A stretch of DNA of 54,085 nucleotides from an uncultured bacterium (lineage in GTDB: Bacteria > Patescibacteriota > Minisyncoccia > Phycocordibacterales > UBA1006), in assembly GCA_937868685.1 (NCBI GenBank), contig CALMMZ010000232.1, positions 1-54,085 on the forward strand, read 5' to 3'. Under the pieces are notes generated by a model. The model searched no databases and was not told the origin of the DNA. It worked only from the letters and a program-made list of their open reading frames with translations. The translations under genes were made by a program, and so were the position numbers. Of the stretch, positions 1 through 9,054 are shown piece after piece (positions within the stretch are counted from its first letter, which is position 1; every line of letters begins with the position of its first letter).

Positions 1-52
1 GGTGTTATTCACCTAAACCAAACACTAGAAACAATCGAGGGAATAATGCCTG

Positions 53-295
53 ATGCTTATAACAACACTGATTATCACAGCCTGCCTCCAGGACGTTGAA
101 GGTAAGCTTACTAAGGAATGCAAGGATCATCATGTTGACATATTTGATGAAAAAATGACAGTACCAAAGTGCCAATCGGAAGCAATGATTAACTTCCCAA
201 AGTGGACAGAAGAACATCCCGGATGGTGGATTAAATCTTGGAGATGCACACAGACAGAAACAGATAACAGAAACGTACAAGAACAGGATATATAG
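53..295 (+). CDS. hypothetical small protein, possible lipoprotein
   Basis: 80-aa ORF. N-terminus MLITTLIITAC resembles a signal peptide with a lipobox Cys. No convincing SD, so this is a weak call. Confidence 0.3.
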   Translation: MLITTLIITACLQDVEGKLTKECKDHHVDIFDEKMTVPKCQSEAMINFPKWTEEHPGWWIKSWRCTQTETDNRNVQEQDI

Positions 296-297
296 GA

Positions 298-1362
298 ATG
301 GCGACAGTCACAGTTACAGCACACCACAATTCTTCTTGGAAACAAAAGAATGGTAAGTGGGTAAAGACAGCTGAAAGACCTGAATACAAGAAAGACCTGA
401 AGGAATCTAGAAAAATCTCTAGTGATATTGGTAAGGCCTTTCTTAATAAGACAGCAAAGAAAAGTAAAAATTCCCATACAGATGGCAAGTCCCTTTATCT
501 TCATGGTCATGAAATTGCAAAGCATGGTGAAAATGGTGCAGTACATGGAACAATGGCTGGTTTGCCAACAAAGACAACCAAAGATAGATTGAATGCAATT
601 TCTAATGATCGTTTCCACACCAAAAAGGGCAAACACTATTATGGTGATAAGGAAATTGGTGAACGTGATTGGGTTCAGATCAAGGAAGCAATCAGAATCA
701 TGGTTGAAGGTGCTATCAAGGACCTGAAAACAAAAGACGAAGAAGAAAAGAGACTCCTAAAGACTGATAAACCTAAGAAGATTCTTACAGACAAAGAACG
801 TGGTCAGTCTAAAGCATTGCAGAAAAAAGACTTGAAGGAAGGTTTATTCTCTAAAAATAAGTCATTGAAACCAACAAAGACAGGTATCAAAAGAGCTCTA
901 CAGAAAGATGCAGAAGAAAATTCTGGTCCTTCAGGTGATGATTATCAACCCACAAAGAAGGGTATTAAGTTGATCAAAAGATTGACTAATGAAGGTGCAA
1001 TGCTAAGAGCTATAGGAAATAGAGTCAAAGCAAACCTAAGAGCTGATAAAGCACAAGCAAAAGATATGATTTTAAAAGCTGGTCCAAAGATTGGTGCGGC
1101 AGCTGAACGTGGTTTAGTTGGATTAGGTAGAGCTGGTCAAACCGCAATTAAGAAAACAATTTATCCTATAATGAAAAGAAATTTTCAGCGTGTGGATGAA
1201 GATCAAGAAACCGCTTCAAGATATAAAAAGGCCTTGGCAGATTCCAAAGGTTCAATTACACCAGAAGGTGAAAAACTAGTCACCGATAGAATTAAGAAAT
1301 TGGAAAAGAAAACAGTTTCCGAATCTTTTAGTCGCACACTGGACAAGATTACTGGCAGATAA
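298..1362 (+). CDS. hypothetical very basic Lys-rich protein (possible prohead core or internal head protein)
   Basis: 354-aa ORF with AGGAA just upstream of the ATG. Lys-rich with many L/I-x-E motifs. Lies directly upstream of the prohead protease gene. Confidence 0.7.
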   Translation: MATVTVTAHHNSSWKQKNGKWVKTAERPEYKKDLKESRKISSDIGKAFLNKTAKKSKNSHTDGKSLYLHGHEIAKHGENGAVHGTMAGLPTKTTKDRLNAISNDRFHTKKGKHYYGDKEIGERDWVQIKEAIRIMVEGAIKDLKTKDEEEKRLLKTDKPKKILTDKERGQSKALQKKDLKEGLFSKNKSLKPTKTGIKRALQKDAEENSGPSGDDYQPTKKGIKLIKRLTNEGAMLRAIGNRVKANLRADKAQAKDMILKAGPKIGAAAERGLVGLGRAGQTAIKKTIYPIMKRNFQRVDEDQETASRYKKALADSKGSITPEGEKLVTDRIKKLEKKTVSESFSRTLDKITGR

Positions 1363-1467
1363 AAGAATCGTATAGTAAAAAATATCAAGCGTCAAAATTC
1401 AATGGTGTCAACATCATTAAGTAAAGTCGCAACAAACAATAAAAGACTACAACAATTGGGCAAATAA

Positions 1468-2136
1468 ATGACACATATGTTCAAACTAATTAGAGAAGAT
1501 GTAACAGACGTACAGGTACTTGTAGAAGAAGACAAGAGTACCGGAAAGAAAAATTACTTTATTGAAGGCATTTTCATGCAGGCAGAACGTCAGAATAAAA
1601 ATGGACGTGTTTATCCTATGCGTGTGCTTCAAAATGAAGTCAATAGATATAACAACGAATATGTCCTAAAGAACCGTGCATTCGGCGAATTGGGACACCC
1701 AGATACACCTTCCATTAACCTTGATCGTGTATCTCATATGATTACTAGTCTAAGACCTGAAGGAAACAATTTCATTGGTAAGTCTAAGGTTCTAGACACT
1801 CCAATGGGAAATATAGTTAAAGGATTACTCGACGGTGGTGCATGTTTAGGAGTTTCTACTAGAGGCGTAGGGTCTCTGAAGGCTCATAACGGCTACCAAT
1901 TGGTTCAAGATGATTTTAAGTTGGCCACAGCGGCTGACATTGTTGCAGACCCATCAGCACCAGATGCTTTCGTTAATGGCATCATGGAAAACTATGACTG
2001 GTGGTTAGATAGTGCAACAGGTGAATGGCATAAGAGATATATTGAAGAAGCAAAGAAAGAGATTAAAGCAGCTAGTAAATCTGATATTGAACGTGTAGCT
2101 ATTAATCTGTTTGAACGATATGTCTCAAAGTTCTAA
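1468..2136 (+). CDS. gp21: prohead core protease (T4 gp21 family)
   Basis: 222 aa. FGELGHPD (candidate catalytic His) and LGVSTRGVGS (candidate Ser) spaced about 53 aa apart, as in T4 gp21. Position is immediately before the scaffold and major capsid genes. Confidence 0.85.
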   Translation: MTHMFKLIREDVTDVQVLVEEDKSTGKKNYFIEGIFMQAERQNKNGRVYPMRVLQNEVNRYNNEYVLKNRAFGELGHPDTPSINLDRVSHMITSLRPEGNNFIGKSKVLDTPMGNIVKGLLDGGACLGVSTRGVGSLKAHNGYQLVQDDFKLATAADIVADPSAPDAFVNGIMENYDWWLDSATGEWHKRYIEEAKKEIKAASKSDIERVAINLFERYVSKF

Positions 2137-2140
2137 AAAC

Positions 2141-2152
2141 AATAAATAAATA
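2141..2152 (+). promoter_or_regulatory. T4-type late promoter candidate (two overlapping AATAAATA)
   Basis: CAATAAATAAATAA lies about 24-28 nt upstream of the gp22 ATG. It matches the NATAAATA variant of the TATAAATA late promoter. Confidence 0.45.
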
Positions 2153-2175
2153 ATCAATTAAGGAGTAATCTAAAC

Positions 2176-3588
2176 ATGGTCAAGTCATTACACGAAACAG
2201 CGAAGTCAATTTTGCTAAAAGAAGGTGAAGTTCCTTCTGTTAGCTCTTCTGACAATAATCCTGATCGCGATGCCAAGAGCTCAAACCCAAATATGGAGAC
2301 TTTGCATCCAAAGACAAAGTATAGCGAACCAGATCCAAAGCATAATGATGCCGAAGACCTAGGTGGTGCTACTCCAACATCTACCGCTAAGGAAAACCTT
2401 GGTGCAAAAGCAGCAAAAGTAGGAAAAGACAAGAGCAAATCTGGTATTCCTTCAGTTGGACCAGAATCACCAAAGAAGCTTTCTGAAAAAGACGAAAATG
2501 ATGACGATTCTGAAACCCTCGATGAAGAAATGGAAATTTCTGAAGAATTACAGGAATTCATCAATAATCTAGTCGCAGAAGGTTACTCAGACGAACAGAT
2601 CGAGGAAGCAATTGCAGAAAACTTTGAATATATCGAAGAATCTGAAGAAGACCCACTAGATGCAGTCATTGCTGAAATGATTGAAGACGGTCTTTCTGAG
2701 GAAGAAATCGTTAATATTCTAAGTGAAATGTCTAAAGAAGAATCAGACGAAACAATTGCCGAATCAGTAAGAACACCAGCAGCAGAAGTTAGAAGATTTG
2801 TTGTTGAATCAGCAAAAGTCACAAACCTTGATGAAGACCTAAAGGTTATGTTTGAAGGGGAAGAATTCTCTCCTGAATTCTTTGCAAAGGCAAAGACAAT
2901 CTTTGAAGCAGCAGTTAATTCTCGCGTAGAAGAAATCACAGATCGCATTCAAGAAAACTACGAAAATTACCTGAACGAAGAAGTAGCAAAGTTGGAAGAA
3001 GTTTATGCTTCTACACTTGAAGAAAGTGTACAGGAAATTGACGAAAAGGTTAACAACTACATGATCTATGTCACAGAACAGTGGCTAACAGAAAATGAAG
3101 TTGCAATTGAATCTGGTCTAAGAACAGAGCTTACCGAAGAATTCATTTCCGGTCTTCGCAACCTGCTTGCAGAACACTATATCGACATTCCTGAAGAAAA
3201 GGTTTCAGTAGTGGAAGAGCTTGGTAATGAAATTGAAAGCCTCAAGGAAAAGTTAAACGAAGAAATTAGCAAGAATGTTGAATTGTCAAACACACTCAAC
3301 GAAGCAGTTAGAGAAGCAGTTATTTCCGAAGCTGCAGATGGTTTGACAGATACTCAAGCAGCTAAGTTAAAGACTCTTTCTGAAAATGTTGAATTCACTG
3401 ATACTGAATCATTTGCTACAAAGGTTCAGACATTGAAGGAAAGTTATTTCCCTATTAAGACTGACAACAGCAAAGTCATTGACAAAGCAGAATCAGTTTC
3501 AAATGGCAAAGCAGAAGTGCTTACCGAAAACCTAAACGGACCAATGGCGACTTACGTTAAGGCTATTGGCGGAAAACTACCAAGATAA
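2176..3588 (+). CDS. gp22: prohead scaffolding protein (T4 gp22-like)
   Basis: 470 aa, highly acidic with Glu-rich predicted coiled coil. AAGGAG SD. Located between the gp21 and gp23 homologs. Confidence 0.8.
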   Translation: MVKSLHETAKSILLKEGEVPSVSSSDNNPDRDAKSSNPNMETLHPKTKYSEPDPKHNDAEDLGGATPTSTAKENLGAKAAKVGKDKSKSGIPSVGPESPKKLSEKDENDDDSETLDEEMEISEELQEFINNLVAEGYSDEQIEEAIAENFEYIEESEEDPLDAVIAEMIEDGLSEEEIVNILSEMSKEESDETIAESVRTPAAEVRRFVVESAKVTNLDEDLKVMFEGEEFSPEFFAKAKTIFEAAVNSRVEEITDRIQENYENYLNEEVAKLEEVYASTLEESVQEIDEKVNNYMIYVTEQWLTENEVAIESGLRTELTEEFISGLRNLLAEHYIDIPEEKVSVVEELGNEIESLKEKLNEEISKNVELSNTLNEAVREAVISEAADGLTDTQAAKLKTLSENVEFTDTESFATKVQTLKESYFPIKTDNSKVIDKAESVSNGKAEVLTENLNGPMATYVKAIGGKLPR

Positions 3589-3596
3589 CAATAAAT

Positions 3597-3627
3597 GCGG
3601 GTCGCGGTGCTACCAACACCCACCCGC
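3597..3627 (+). other. GC-rich compound hairpin
   Basis: GCGGGT(3597-3602) pairs with ACCCGC(3622-3627), with an inner GGTG/CACC helix. It is a GC island in AT-rich DNA just after the gp22 stop, and no U-tract follows. Confidence 0.5.
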
Positions 3628-3653
3628 TCTAATACCTATTGGGAGGTATCAGC

Positions 3654-4202
3654 ATGGATATATATAGATTTTATGTATATGCATATATTAGAGAAAAAGA
3701 TTTAACGCCATATTATATTGGTAAAGGAACAGGGAATAGAATACACAAAAAACATAGAGGTATATCTATTCCCAAAAATGAAAGTTTAAGAATAATTTTA
3801 GAATCAAATCTTTCAGAAATAGGAGCATTAGCTATTGAAAGAAGATTGATTCGCTGGTACGGTAGAAAGAATATTGATTTAAATGGTATACTTTTAAATC
3901 GTACAGAGGGTGGAGATGGAGTTTCTGGCTATAAACATACCTTAGAGACCAGAAAAAGAATTTCAAAAGTTCTTAAAGGAAGTAAAAAACCAAAAAGAAC
4001 TAAAGAACACTCTAAAAGATTAAGTTATAATGCAAAGTTTTGGAAAATAACATTTCCAAATGGAGAAATAAAAACTGTACTTAGTCTAAGAAAATTTTGT
4101 GCAGAAAACAAATTATGTGACAAAGCAATGAGAAATGTCGCTTATAATGTTCAAAATAGAAAACAACACAAAGGTTATAAGGTTAAACCTATAATCCAAT
4201 AA
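3654..4202 (+). CDS. free-standing GIY-YIG homing endonuclease
   Basis: [23 protein letters not shown] gives the GIY...YIG motif plus a downstream conserved Arg. Lys-rich C-terminal half. Much more AT-rich than its neighbours. The ATG at 3654 follows a GGAGG SD. Confidence 0.85.
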   Translation: MDIYRFYVYAYIREKDLTPYYIGKGTGNRIHKKHRGISIPKNESLRIILESNLSEIGALAIERRLIRWYGRKNIDLNGILLNRTEGGDGVSGYKHTLETRKRISKVLKGSKKPKRTKEHSKRLSYNAKFWKITFPNGEIKTVLSLRKFCAENKLCDKAMRNVAYNVQNRKQHKGYKVKPIIQ

Positions 4203-4223
4203 AAAGAAAAGGAACTACAACTC

Positions 4224-5564
4224 ATGTATTTAACAGAGGCGCTTGAAGACAAGTGGTCACCAGTCCTTGACCACGAAGGTCTTTCTAAGATTAAAGACCC
4301 ATATCGTCGCGCGGTTACTGCTATCATTCTTGAAAACCAGGAAGTTGCAATGGCAGAAGAACGCAGACAACTAAATGAAAGTGCACCTACAAACTCTGGT
4401 GGTGGTCTTGGTTCTGGAACCAACGTTGGTTCTTACGACCCAATTCTTATCTCTCTAGTTCGCCGTGCTCTTCCAAACCTTATCGCTTATGATGTTTGCG
4501 GTGTTCAGGCTATGACTGGTCCTACCGGTCTAATCTTCGCAATGCGTTCTAAGTACAAGACAATGGGTGGAACAGAAGCTCTATTTAACGAAGCAAATAC
4601 AGCATTTTCATCTACCAACGCTCTTGGTGCTAACGGTAACGTTTCTACCGGTTACGCAAACACAGACCCTGTTTATGACCTTTCAAGCGCAGGTGCTTAC
4701 GGTCTAGGACGTGGTATGACTACAGCTCAGGCTGAAGCTCTTGGTGACGTTTCAACAAACCAGTTTGCTGAAATGGCATTCGCAATTGACAAGGTAACTG
4801 TTACTGCTCGCAGCAAGGCGCTAAAGGCAGAATACACCATGGAACTTGCACAAGACCTTAAGGCAGTTCACGGCTTGGATGCTGAAACAGAATTGGCAAA
4901 CATTCTGTCAACAGAAATCCTTGCAGAAATCAACCGTGAAGTTATCCGTTCTATCTATATCTCTGCTACAGTTGGGGCACAGTATGGTGTAACAACCGCA
5001 GGAACATTCGACCTTGACACAGACTCTAACGGTCGTTGGTCAGTTGAAAAGTTCAAGGGTCTTATCTTCCAAATCGAACGTGAAGCGAATGCTATCGCAA
5101 AGGCAACACGTCGTGGTAAGGGTAACGTTCTGATCGTTTCTTCAGACGTTGCATCAGCTCTTGCTATGGCAAAGGTTCTTGACTACACACCTGCTCTAAG
5201 TGCAGACCTACAGGTTGACGACACCGGCAACACCTTTGCTGGTACAATCCACGGCAAAATCAAAGTTTACATCGATCCTTACTTCGGTGGTTCTGCAAAC
5301 GGTAACGAACTTGTAACAGTTGGTTACAAGGGTTCTTCACCATTCGACGCTGGTCTATTCTATTGCCCATACGTTCCTCTACAGATGGTTCGTGCAATTG
5401 GTCAAGACACATTCCAGCCAAAGATTGGTTTCAAGACCCGTTATGGCATGGTTGCTAACCCATTTGCTACAACCGCTGGTGATGGTTCTGTCGCAAGCAG
5501 AATTACAAATGCTAACAACGCAAATATATATTACCGGATTTTCCGCGTGACCAACTTGAGCTGA
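4224..5564 (+). CDS. gp23: major capsid protein (T4 gp23 family)
   Basis: 446 aa. Long colinear similarity to T4 gp23, e.g. VRRALPNLIAYDVCGVQAMTGPTG, ALKAEYTMELAQDLKAVHGLDAETELANILSTEILAEINREV and FKTRYGMVANPFA. Confidence 0.95.
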   Translation: MYLTEALEDKWSPVLDHEGLSKIKDPYRRAVTAIILENQEVAMAEERRQLNESAPTNSGGGLGSGTNVGSYDPILISLVRRALPNLIAYDVCGVQAMTGPTGLIFAMRSKYKTMGGTEALFNEANTAFSSTNALGANGNVSTGYANTDPVYDLSSAGAYGLGRGMTTAQAEALGDVSTNQFAEMAFAIDKVTVTARSKALKAEYTMELAQDLKAVHGLDAETELANILSTEILAEINREVIRSIYISATVGAQYGVTTAGTFDLDTDSNGRWSVEKFKGLIFQIEREANAIAKATRRGKGNVLIVSSDVASALAMAKVLDYTPALSADLQVDDTGNTFAGTIHGKIKVYIDPYFGGSANGNELVTVGYKGSSPFDAGLFYCPYVPLQMVRAIGQDTFQPKIGFKTRYGMVANPFATTAGDGSVASRITNANNANIYYRIFRVTNLS

Positions 5565-5643
5565 TTTGCGTAATTTCACTAAAAATGTGAAGTATATTAC
5601 GCATAAAATACCATAATAATAATAAACATCACTACCAACTTGG

Positions 5644-5669
5644 GAGGGGGAGAAATCCCCCTCTTTTTT
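5644..5669 (+). terminator. intrinsic terminator after gp23
   Basis: GAGGGGG-agaaat-CCCCCTC stem-loop followed by TTTTTT. Confidence 0.8.
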
Positions 5670-5673
5670 ATTG

Positions 5674-5681
5674 CATAAATA
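5674..5681 (+). promoter_or_regulatory. T4-type late promoter candidate (CATAAATA)
   Basis: CATAAATA lies 27 nt upstream of the ATG at 5709, similar to the spacing of the gp22 candidate (24-28 nt). Confidence 0.45.
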
Positions 5682-5708
5682 TAGGGTATAACACATAGGA
5701 TCAACCCA

Positions 5709-6239
5709 ATGACAGCAAGATCACCATTGACTGAAGTTCCAGTAAATACTAGTTTCCTCCAGTCAACTAAGTTTCAGTTTAGTTTTCCTACTCTGCCATT
5801 CTTGAGATATTTTGTTCAGGGTCTATCTATTCCTGGTGTATCAACTACAGCACCATCTGTTCCTTCTCCATTTGCTACAATGTATCGTCACGGTGATACA
5901 TTGGTATTTGATCCACTGACTGTTACAGTTGTTATCGATGAAGACCTGAGAGTTTGGGAAGAAACATACAAATGGTTAGTTGCATTAACCAAACCACAAA
6001 ATTTCCGTCAGTACATTAGAACAATCAATGGAAATGAAACACCATACCATGATGGTATCCTAACTATGCTGACCAATGCAAACATTCCCAATATTCGATA
6101 CAAGTTTACCTTCTGTCACCCACTTTCTATCAGTGCAATTCAGTTCACTCCTTCCGATTCTGCGGACGTTATACTGACAGCAGATATTGTTTTCAGATAT
6201 GATCAAATGGAAATAGAAAGATTACCAATTACTAGTTGA
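5709..6239 (+). CDS. gp3: tail completion / sheath stabilizer protein (T4 gp3-like)
   Basis: 176 aa, the same length as T4 gp3. Occupies the gp23-gp3-uvsY-uvsW position typical of marine T4-like phages. The call rests mainly on synteny and size. Confidence 0.5.
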   Translation: MTARSPLTEVPVNTSFLQSTKFQFSFPTLPFLRYFVQGLSIPGVSTTAPSVPSPFATMYRHGDTLVFDPLTVTVVIDEDLRVWEETYKWLVALTKPQNFRQYIRTINGNETPYHDGILTMLTNANIPNIRYKFTFCHPLSISAIQFTPSDSADVILTADIVFRYDQMEIERLPITS

Positions 6240-6264
6240 CATACTGTCTGGAATACTGTATAAT
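6236..6264 (+). promoter_or_regulatory. sigma70-type (early) promoter
   Basis: Perfect TTGACA-N17-TATAAT, 27 nt upstream of the uvsY ATG. Confidence 0.7.
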
Positions 6265-6290
6265 TAGACTTTAATGTTGAAAGGTGACAC

Positions 6291-6740
6291 ATGATTCCTC
6301 CAGTTAAGATTGACGATTTGATGGTGATGTGGGAAAAGGATGCAAAGGTGGATCCACTTGATCCTGGAGCATCTATGGCAGACATTCCCAGACTCCATGC
6401 AAAGTATCTCCGAATACTTACCTACCACAATCTCATGGTAAAGAAGTACAACAAAGAATTCAATGAATTGAAAAAGGTAAAATGGGAATACTACAACGGT
6501 GATCTGAATAATCCGGAAGACTTAAAGAAGCATGGCATGGAACCACAACTGAAGAAAATTCTAAGGCAGGATATTCAACTATATATTGATGCAGACAAAG
6601 ACTTGAATACAGCATTGGCAAGAAAAGCAAACAACCAGGAAATTGTGGATGCCTGCACATATATCCTGAAAGAATTACATAGCAGGACATTTCAAATAAA
6701 GTCTATAATCGAATGGACAAAATTTACTGATGGAACATAA
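6291..6740 (+). CDS. uvsY: recombination mediator UvsY
   Basis: 149 aa. The pattern LHAKYL...KWEYYNG...DADKDL...SRTFQIKSIIEWTKF parallels T4 UvsY (LYSKWL...LDYYSG...SADKDV...SRGFAIKHIQDM). Confidence 0.8.
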   Translation: MIPPVKIDDLMVMWEKDAKVDPLDPGASMADIPRLHAKYLRILTYHNLMVKKYNKEFNELKKVKWEYYNGDLNNPEDLKKHGMEPQLKKILRQDIQLYIDADKDLNTALARKANNQEIVDACTYILKELHSRTFQIKSIIEWTKFTDGT

Positions 6741-8213
6741 GTGAAAATAAGAATAGTAAACGTAAACGAATCATACATCAAAGTGAATTGTGAACCAAGC
6801 ATTGCTTATGAAATAAGTGATGCTTTTACCTTTATGGTTCCAGGAGCACATTTTTCACCAAAATATAGATCGAGAATTTGGGATGGTAAAATCCGATTGT
6901 TCTCAGTAGCAACAGGACTTCTATATAGAGGTCTTGTGCAGAAGCTTATCAACTTCTGTGTTGATAGAGATTATGAATACGTTTACGACAATGAGTCTTA
7001 CGATACTGAATTTTCCTTAAAGGAAGCGGAAGAGTATATCAAGAAACTGAATCCGGTACATGATGCAAGAGACTATCAGATTGATGGTTTCATGCACGCA
7101 ATCAGGATGGGTCGTTCTATTATGCTTTCTCCGACTGCATCTGGTAAATCATTTATCATCTACCTGATTGTCAATTACCTACTTGAAAAGCAAGGACACG
7201 AAAGAGGTCTGGTTATTGTTCCCAAAATTTCATTGGTTGAACAGTTATATACAGACTTTGAGGATTATTCAGTAAACAATAAATTCGACACGGAGAAAAT
7301 GTGTCATAAGATATACCAAGGGGCAGACAAAAAGTCTACTAAACCAATAACTATTTCCACTTGGCAATCAATTTACACCCTACCTAAGTCTTACTTCCAC
7401 CAATTTGATTTTGTCATTGGTGATGAAGCACATGAATTCAAAGCAAAGTCTTTGATTCACATTATGACCAATCTCGAAAATGCTTCTTTCAGACTTGGCA
7501 CCACAGGAACACTTGATGGCACCAAAACTCACGAATGGGTTTTGGAAGGTCTGTTTGGTCCCACAAGACGTGTCATTTCCACCAAGGAATTGATGGATCA
7601 AAAGCATGTTGCAGACTTCAATATCAAATGCTTATTGCTGAAGCATCCTGAAGAAGCATGTAAGGCTGCAAAAAAGTTTAGTTATCAGGAGGAAATGGAC
7701 TACATTGTAAGGAATGAAAACAGAAACAATTTCATCAAGAACCTTGCATTGTCCTTGAAAGGTAACACTCTCATACTATATCAATATGTGGAGAAGCACG
7801 GAAACATACTATTCAATCTTATAAATAGTGAAAATAAGGGCAGGAAGGTATACTTTGTTCATGGAGGAACAAAGGTACAGATACGAGAACAAATCAGAGG
7901 GATTGTTGAAAAGGAAAATGATGCCATCATTGTTGCTTCATATGGCACATTCTCAACAGGAATCAATATCAGAAACCTGCACAACGTAATCTTTGCAAGC
8001 TCATATAAATCTAGAATCAAAAACTTACAGTCGATTGGAAGAAGTCTTAGAAAGTCCGATACGAAATCTAAGGCCACTCTATATGATATTGCAGACGATC
8101 TAAAATACAAGAATCGCGAAAATTATACACTGAAGCAATTTTCAATCAGACTCCAATTGTATATGGAGGAACAGTTCGACTTCAAGTTGTATAAAATCTC
8201 TTTAAAAGGATAA
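6741..8213 (+). CDS. uvsW: UvsW RNA-DNA/DNA-DNA helicase (SF2)
   Basis: GTG start. N-terminus is colinear with T4 UvsW (IWDGKIRLF vs NWDGRIRLL). Walker A SPTASGKS, DEAH box GDEAHEF, and VASYGTFSTGINIRNLH vs T4 VASYGVFSTGISVKNLH. Confidence 0.95.
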   Translation: MKIRIVNVNESYIKVNCEPSIAYEISDAFTFMVPGAHFSPKYRSRIWDGKIRLFSVATGLLYRGLVQKLINFCVDRDYEYVYDNESYDTEFSLKEAEEYIKKLNPVHDARDYQIDGFMHAIRMGRSIMLSPTASGKSFIIYLIVNYLLEKQGHERGLVIVPKISLVEQLYTDFEDYSVNNKFDTEKMCHKIYQGADKKSTKPITISTWQSIYTLPKSYFHQFDFVIGDEAHEFKAKSLIHIMTNLENASFRLGTTGTLDGTKTHEWVLEGLFGPTRRVISTKELMDQKHVADFNIKCLLLKHPEEACKAAKKFSYQEEMDYIVRNENRNNFIKNLALSLKGNTLILYQYVEKHGNILFNLINSENKGRKVYFVHGGTKVQIREQIRGIVEKENDAIIVASYGTFSTGINIRNLHNVIFASSYKSRIKNLQSIGRSLRKSDTKSKATLYDIADDLKYKNRENYTLKQFSIRLQLYMEEQFDFKLYKISLKG

Positions 8214-8218
8214 CAATA

Positions 8219-8689
8219 ATGGAGATGCTACCACCAGAGGAATTAAACCAGATCAAATTCATTAGAATGAACAATGGAGAGGATATTATCTCCAAGGTAT
8301 CTAAAATGGTTAAAATTGAGAATGGTAAGACACACTATTACTTAGACAAACCTCTTAAAATCATCTATACTGTTAGACAGAGCTCGCCACAATCAGATGC
8401 TTTGGTAATTACTCTTGTCCAGTGGATTTTTGATTATGTCAGTGAGACTCAAAGTTTCTCAGTCTTGGAAGATAACATTATGACTCTATCCAATCCTTCT
8501 GCGGAAATGCTCAAGTATTATACTGAAGCAATTGAGAAGTACAATAATAGGAAAGATACCAAGAGAAACAAGATGGTTTCCAGTAATGTGGAACCAGATA
8601 ATTCATTTGATAGTTTAACAGATGAAGAATTGGATGCTCTGGAATCTATACTGAATGAAATGCTACCAGATAAATCAAAATTACATTGA
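8219..8689 (+). CDS. hypothetical protein (distant paralog of 43813..44124)
   Basis: 156-aa ORF. N-terminal IKFIRMNNGEDIISKV ... ITLVQW pattern is shared with ORF 43813. Acidic C-terminal tail. Confidence 0.7.
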   Translation: MEMLPPEELNQIKFIRMNNGEDIISKVSKMVKIENGKTHYYLDKPLKIIYTVRQSSPQSDALVITLVQWIFDYVSETQSFSVLEDNIMTLSNPSAEMLKYYTEAIEKYNNRKDTKRNKMVSSNVEPDNSFDSLTDEELDALESILNEMLPDKSKLH

Positions 8690-8696
8690 GGATAAC

Positions 8697-8975
8697 ATGA
8701 CTAAGGAAAACTTTATAGACATAGATGAAGATGATGATGATTTTGGATTCTCATTTGCATCTGAGGATGAAGTCCTATCAACCAATATTACCTACTCTAG
8801 TATGAGTGAGGAAGTGGAAGCCTTAAAGTCTAGATTGAGAACACTAAGGAAAATCTTTATGCCATTACTAGAAAAACTAGTGGATGAACCAGATAAGGTA
8901 TTCATCAAATGGCCTAATAGGAAGGATATAGTGGATAAACAGATCAAGAGATTGAAGGATTTAACTAGCGTCTAA
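8697..8975 (+). CDS. hypothetical acidic protein
   Basis: ATG at 8697 is preceded by GAGGA. 92 aa with a run of Asp/Glu at the N-terminus. The longer track ORF (8655) would overlap the upstream gene. Confidence 0.6.
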   Translation: MTKENFIDIDEDDDDFGFSFASEDEVLSTNITYSSMSEEVEALKSRLRTLRKIFMPLLEKLVDEPDKVFIKWPNRKDIVDKQIKRLKDLTSV

Positions 8976-9054
8976 GCTACCAGCTAAGCCATCATTATTA
9001 ATCGGTACATAGCCAATGTATCAGTTGTCAAGCGAAATGTCAAGGGAAAAATGC

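Noticed and set aside
1-99. Open frame running in from the window edge (GVIHLNQTLETIEGIMPDAYNNTDYHSLPPGR*), possibly the 3' end of the upstream gene (portal region).
   Set aside because: Only 33 codons are visible, and I recognise no motif. It overlaps the equally weak ORF 53..295, so it cannot be supported from this window alone.
1403-1468. 21-codon ORF (MVSTSLSKVATNNKRLQQLGK*) abutting the gp21 start, considered as a gp67/gp68-like mini prohead core gene.
   Set aside because: It is too short, has no SD and shows no recognisable similarity. It is indistinguishable from chance.
3597-3627. GC-rich hairpin, considered as a tRNA fragment or tRNA-like element.
   Set aside because: It is only 31 nt, with no T-arm (GTTCRA) or acceptor features. 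No intergenic gap in the window is long enough to hold a tRNA, so I kept it only as a structural element.
4191-4206. TATAAT and CAATAAAAAG sequences upstream of gp23 (and the similar CAATAAAAG near 1435-1443 upstream of gp21), considered as promoters.
   Set aside because: TATAAT has no -35 partner at the right spacing. AATAAAA deviates from the late consensus and is expected frequently by chance at this base composition.
5320-5550. Same-strand alternative-frame ORFs nested in well-supported genes (5320..5550 in gp23, 44543..44839 in gp43, 15729..16004 in the methyltransferase, 9311..9493 in gp55, 24814..25068 in the HNH gene, and others).
   Set aside because: They are fully embedded in genes whose frames are validated by homology. 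They have no independent start signals or motifs.
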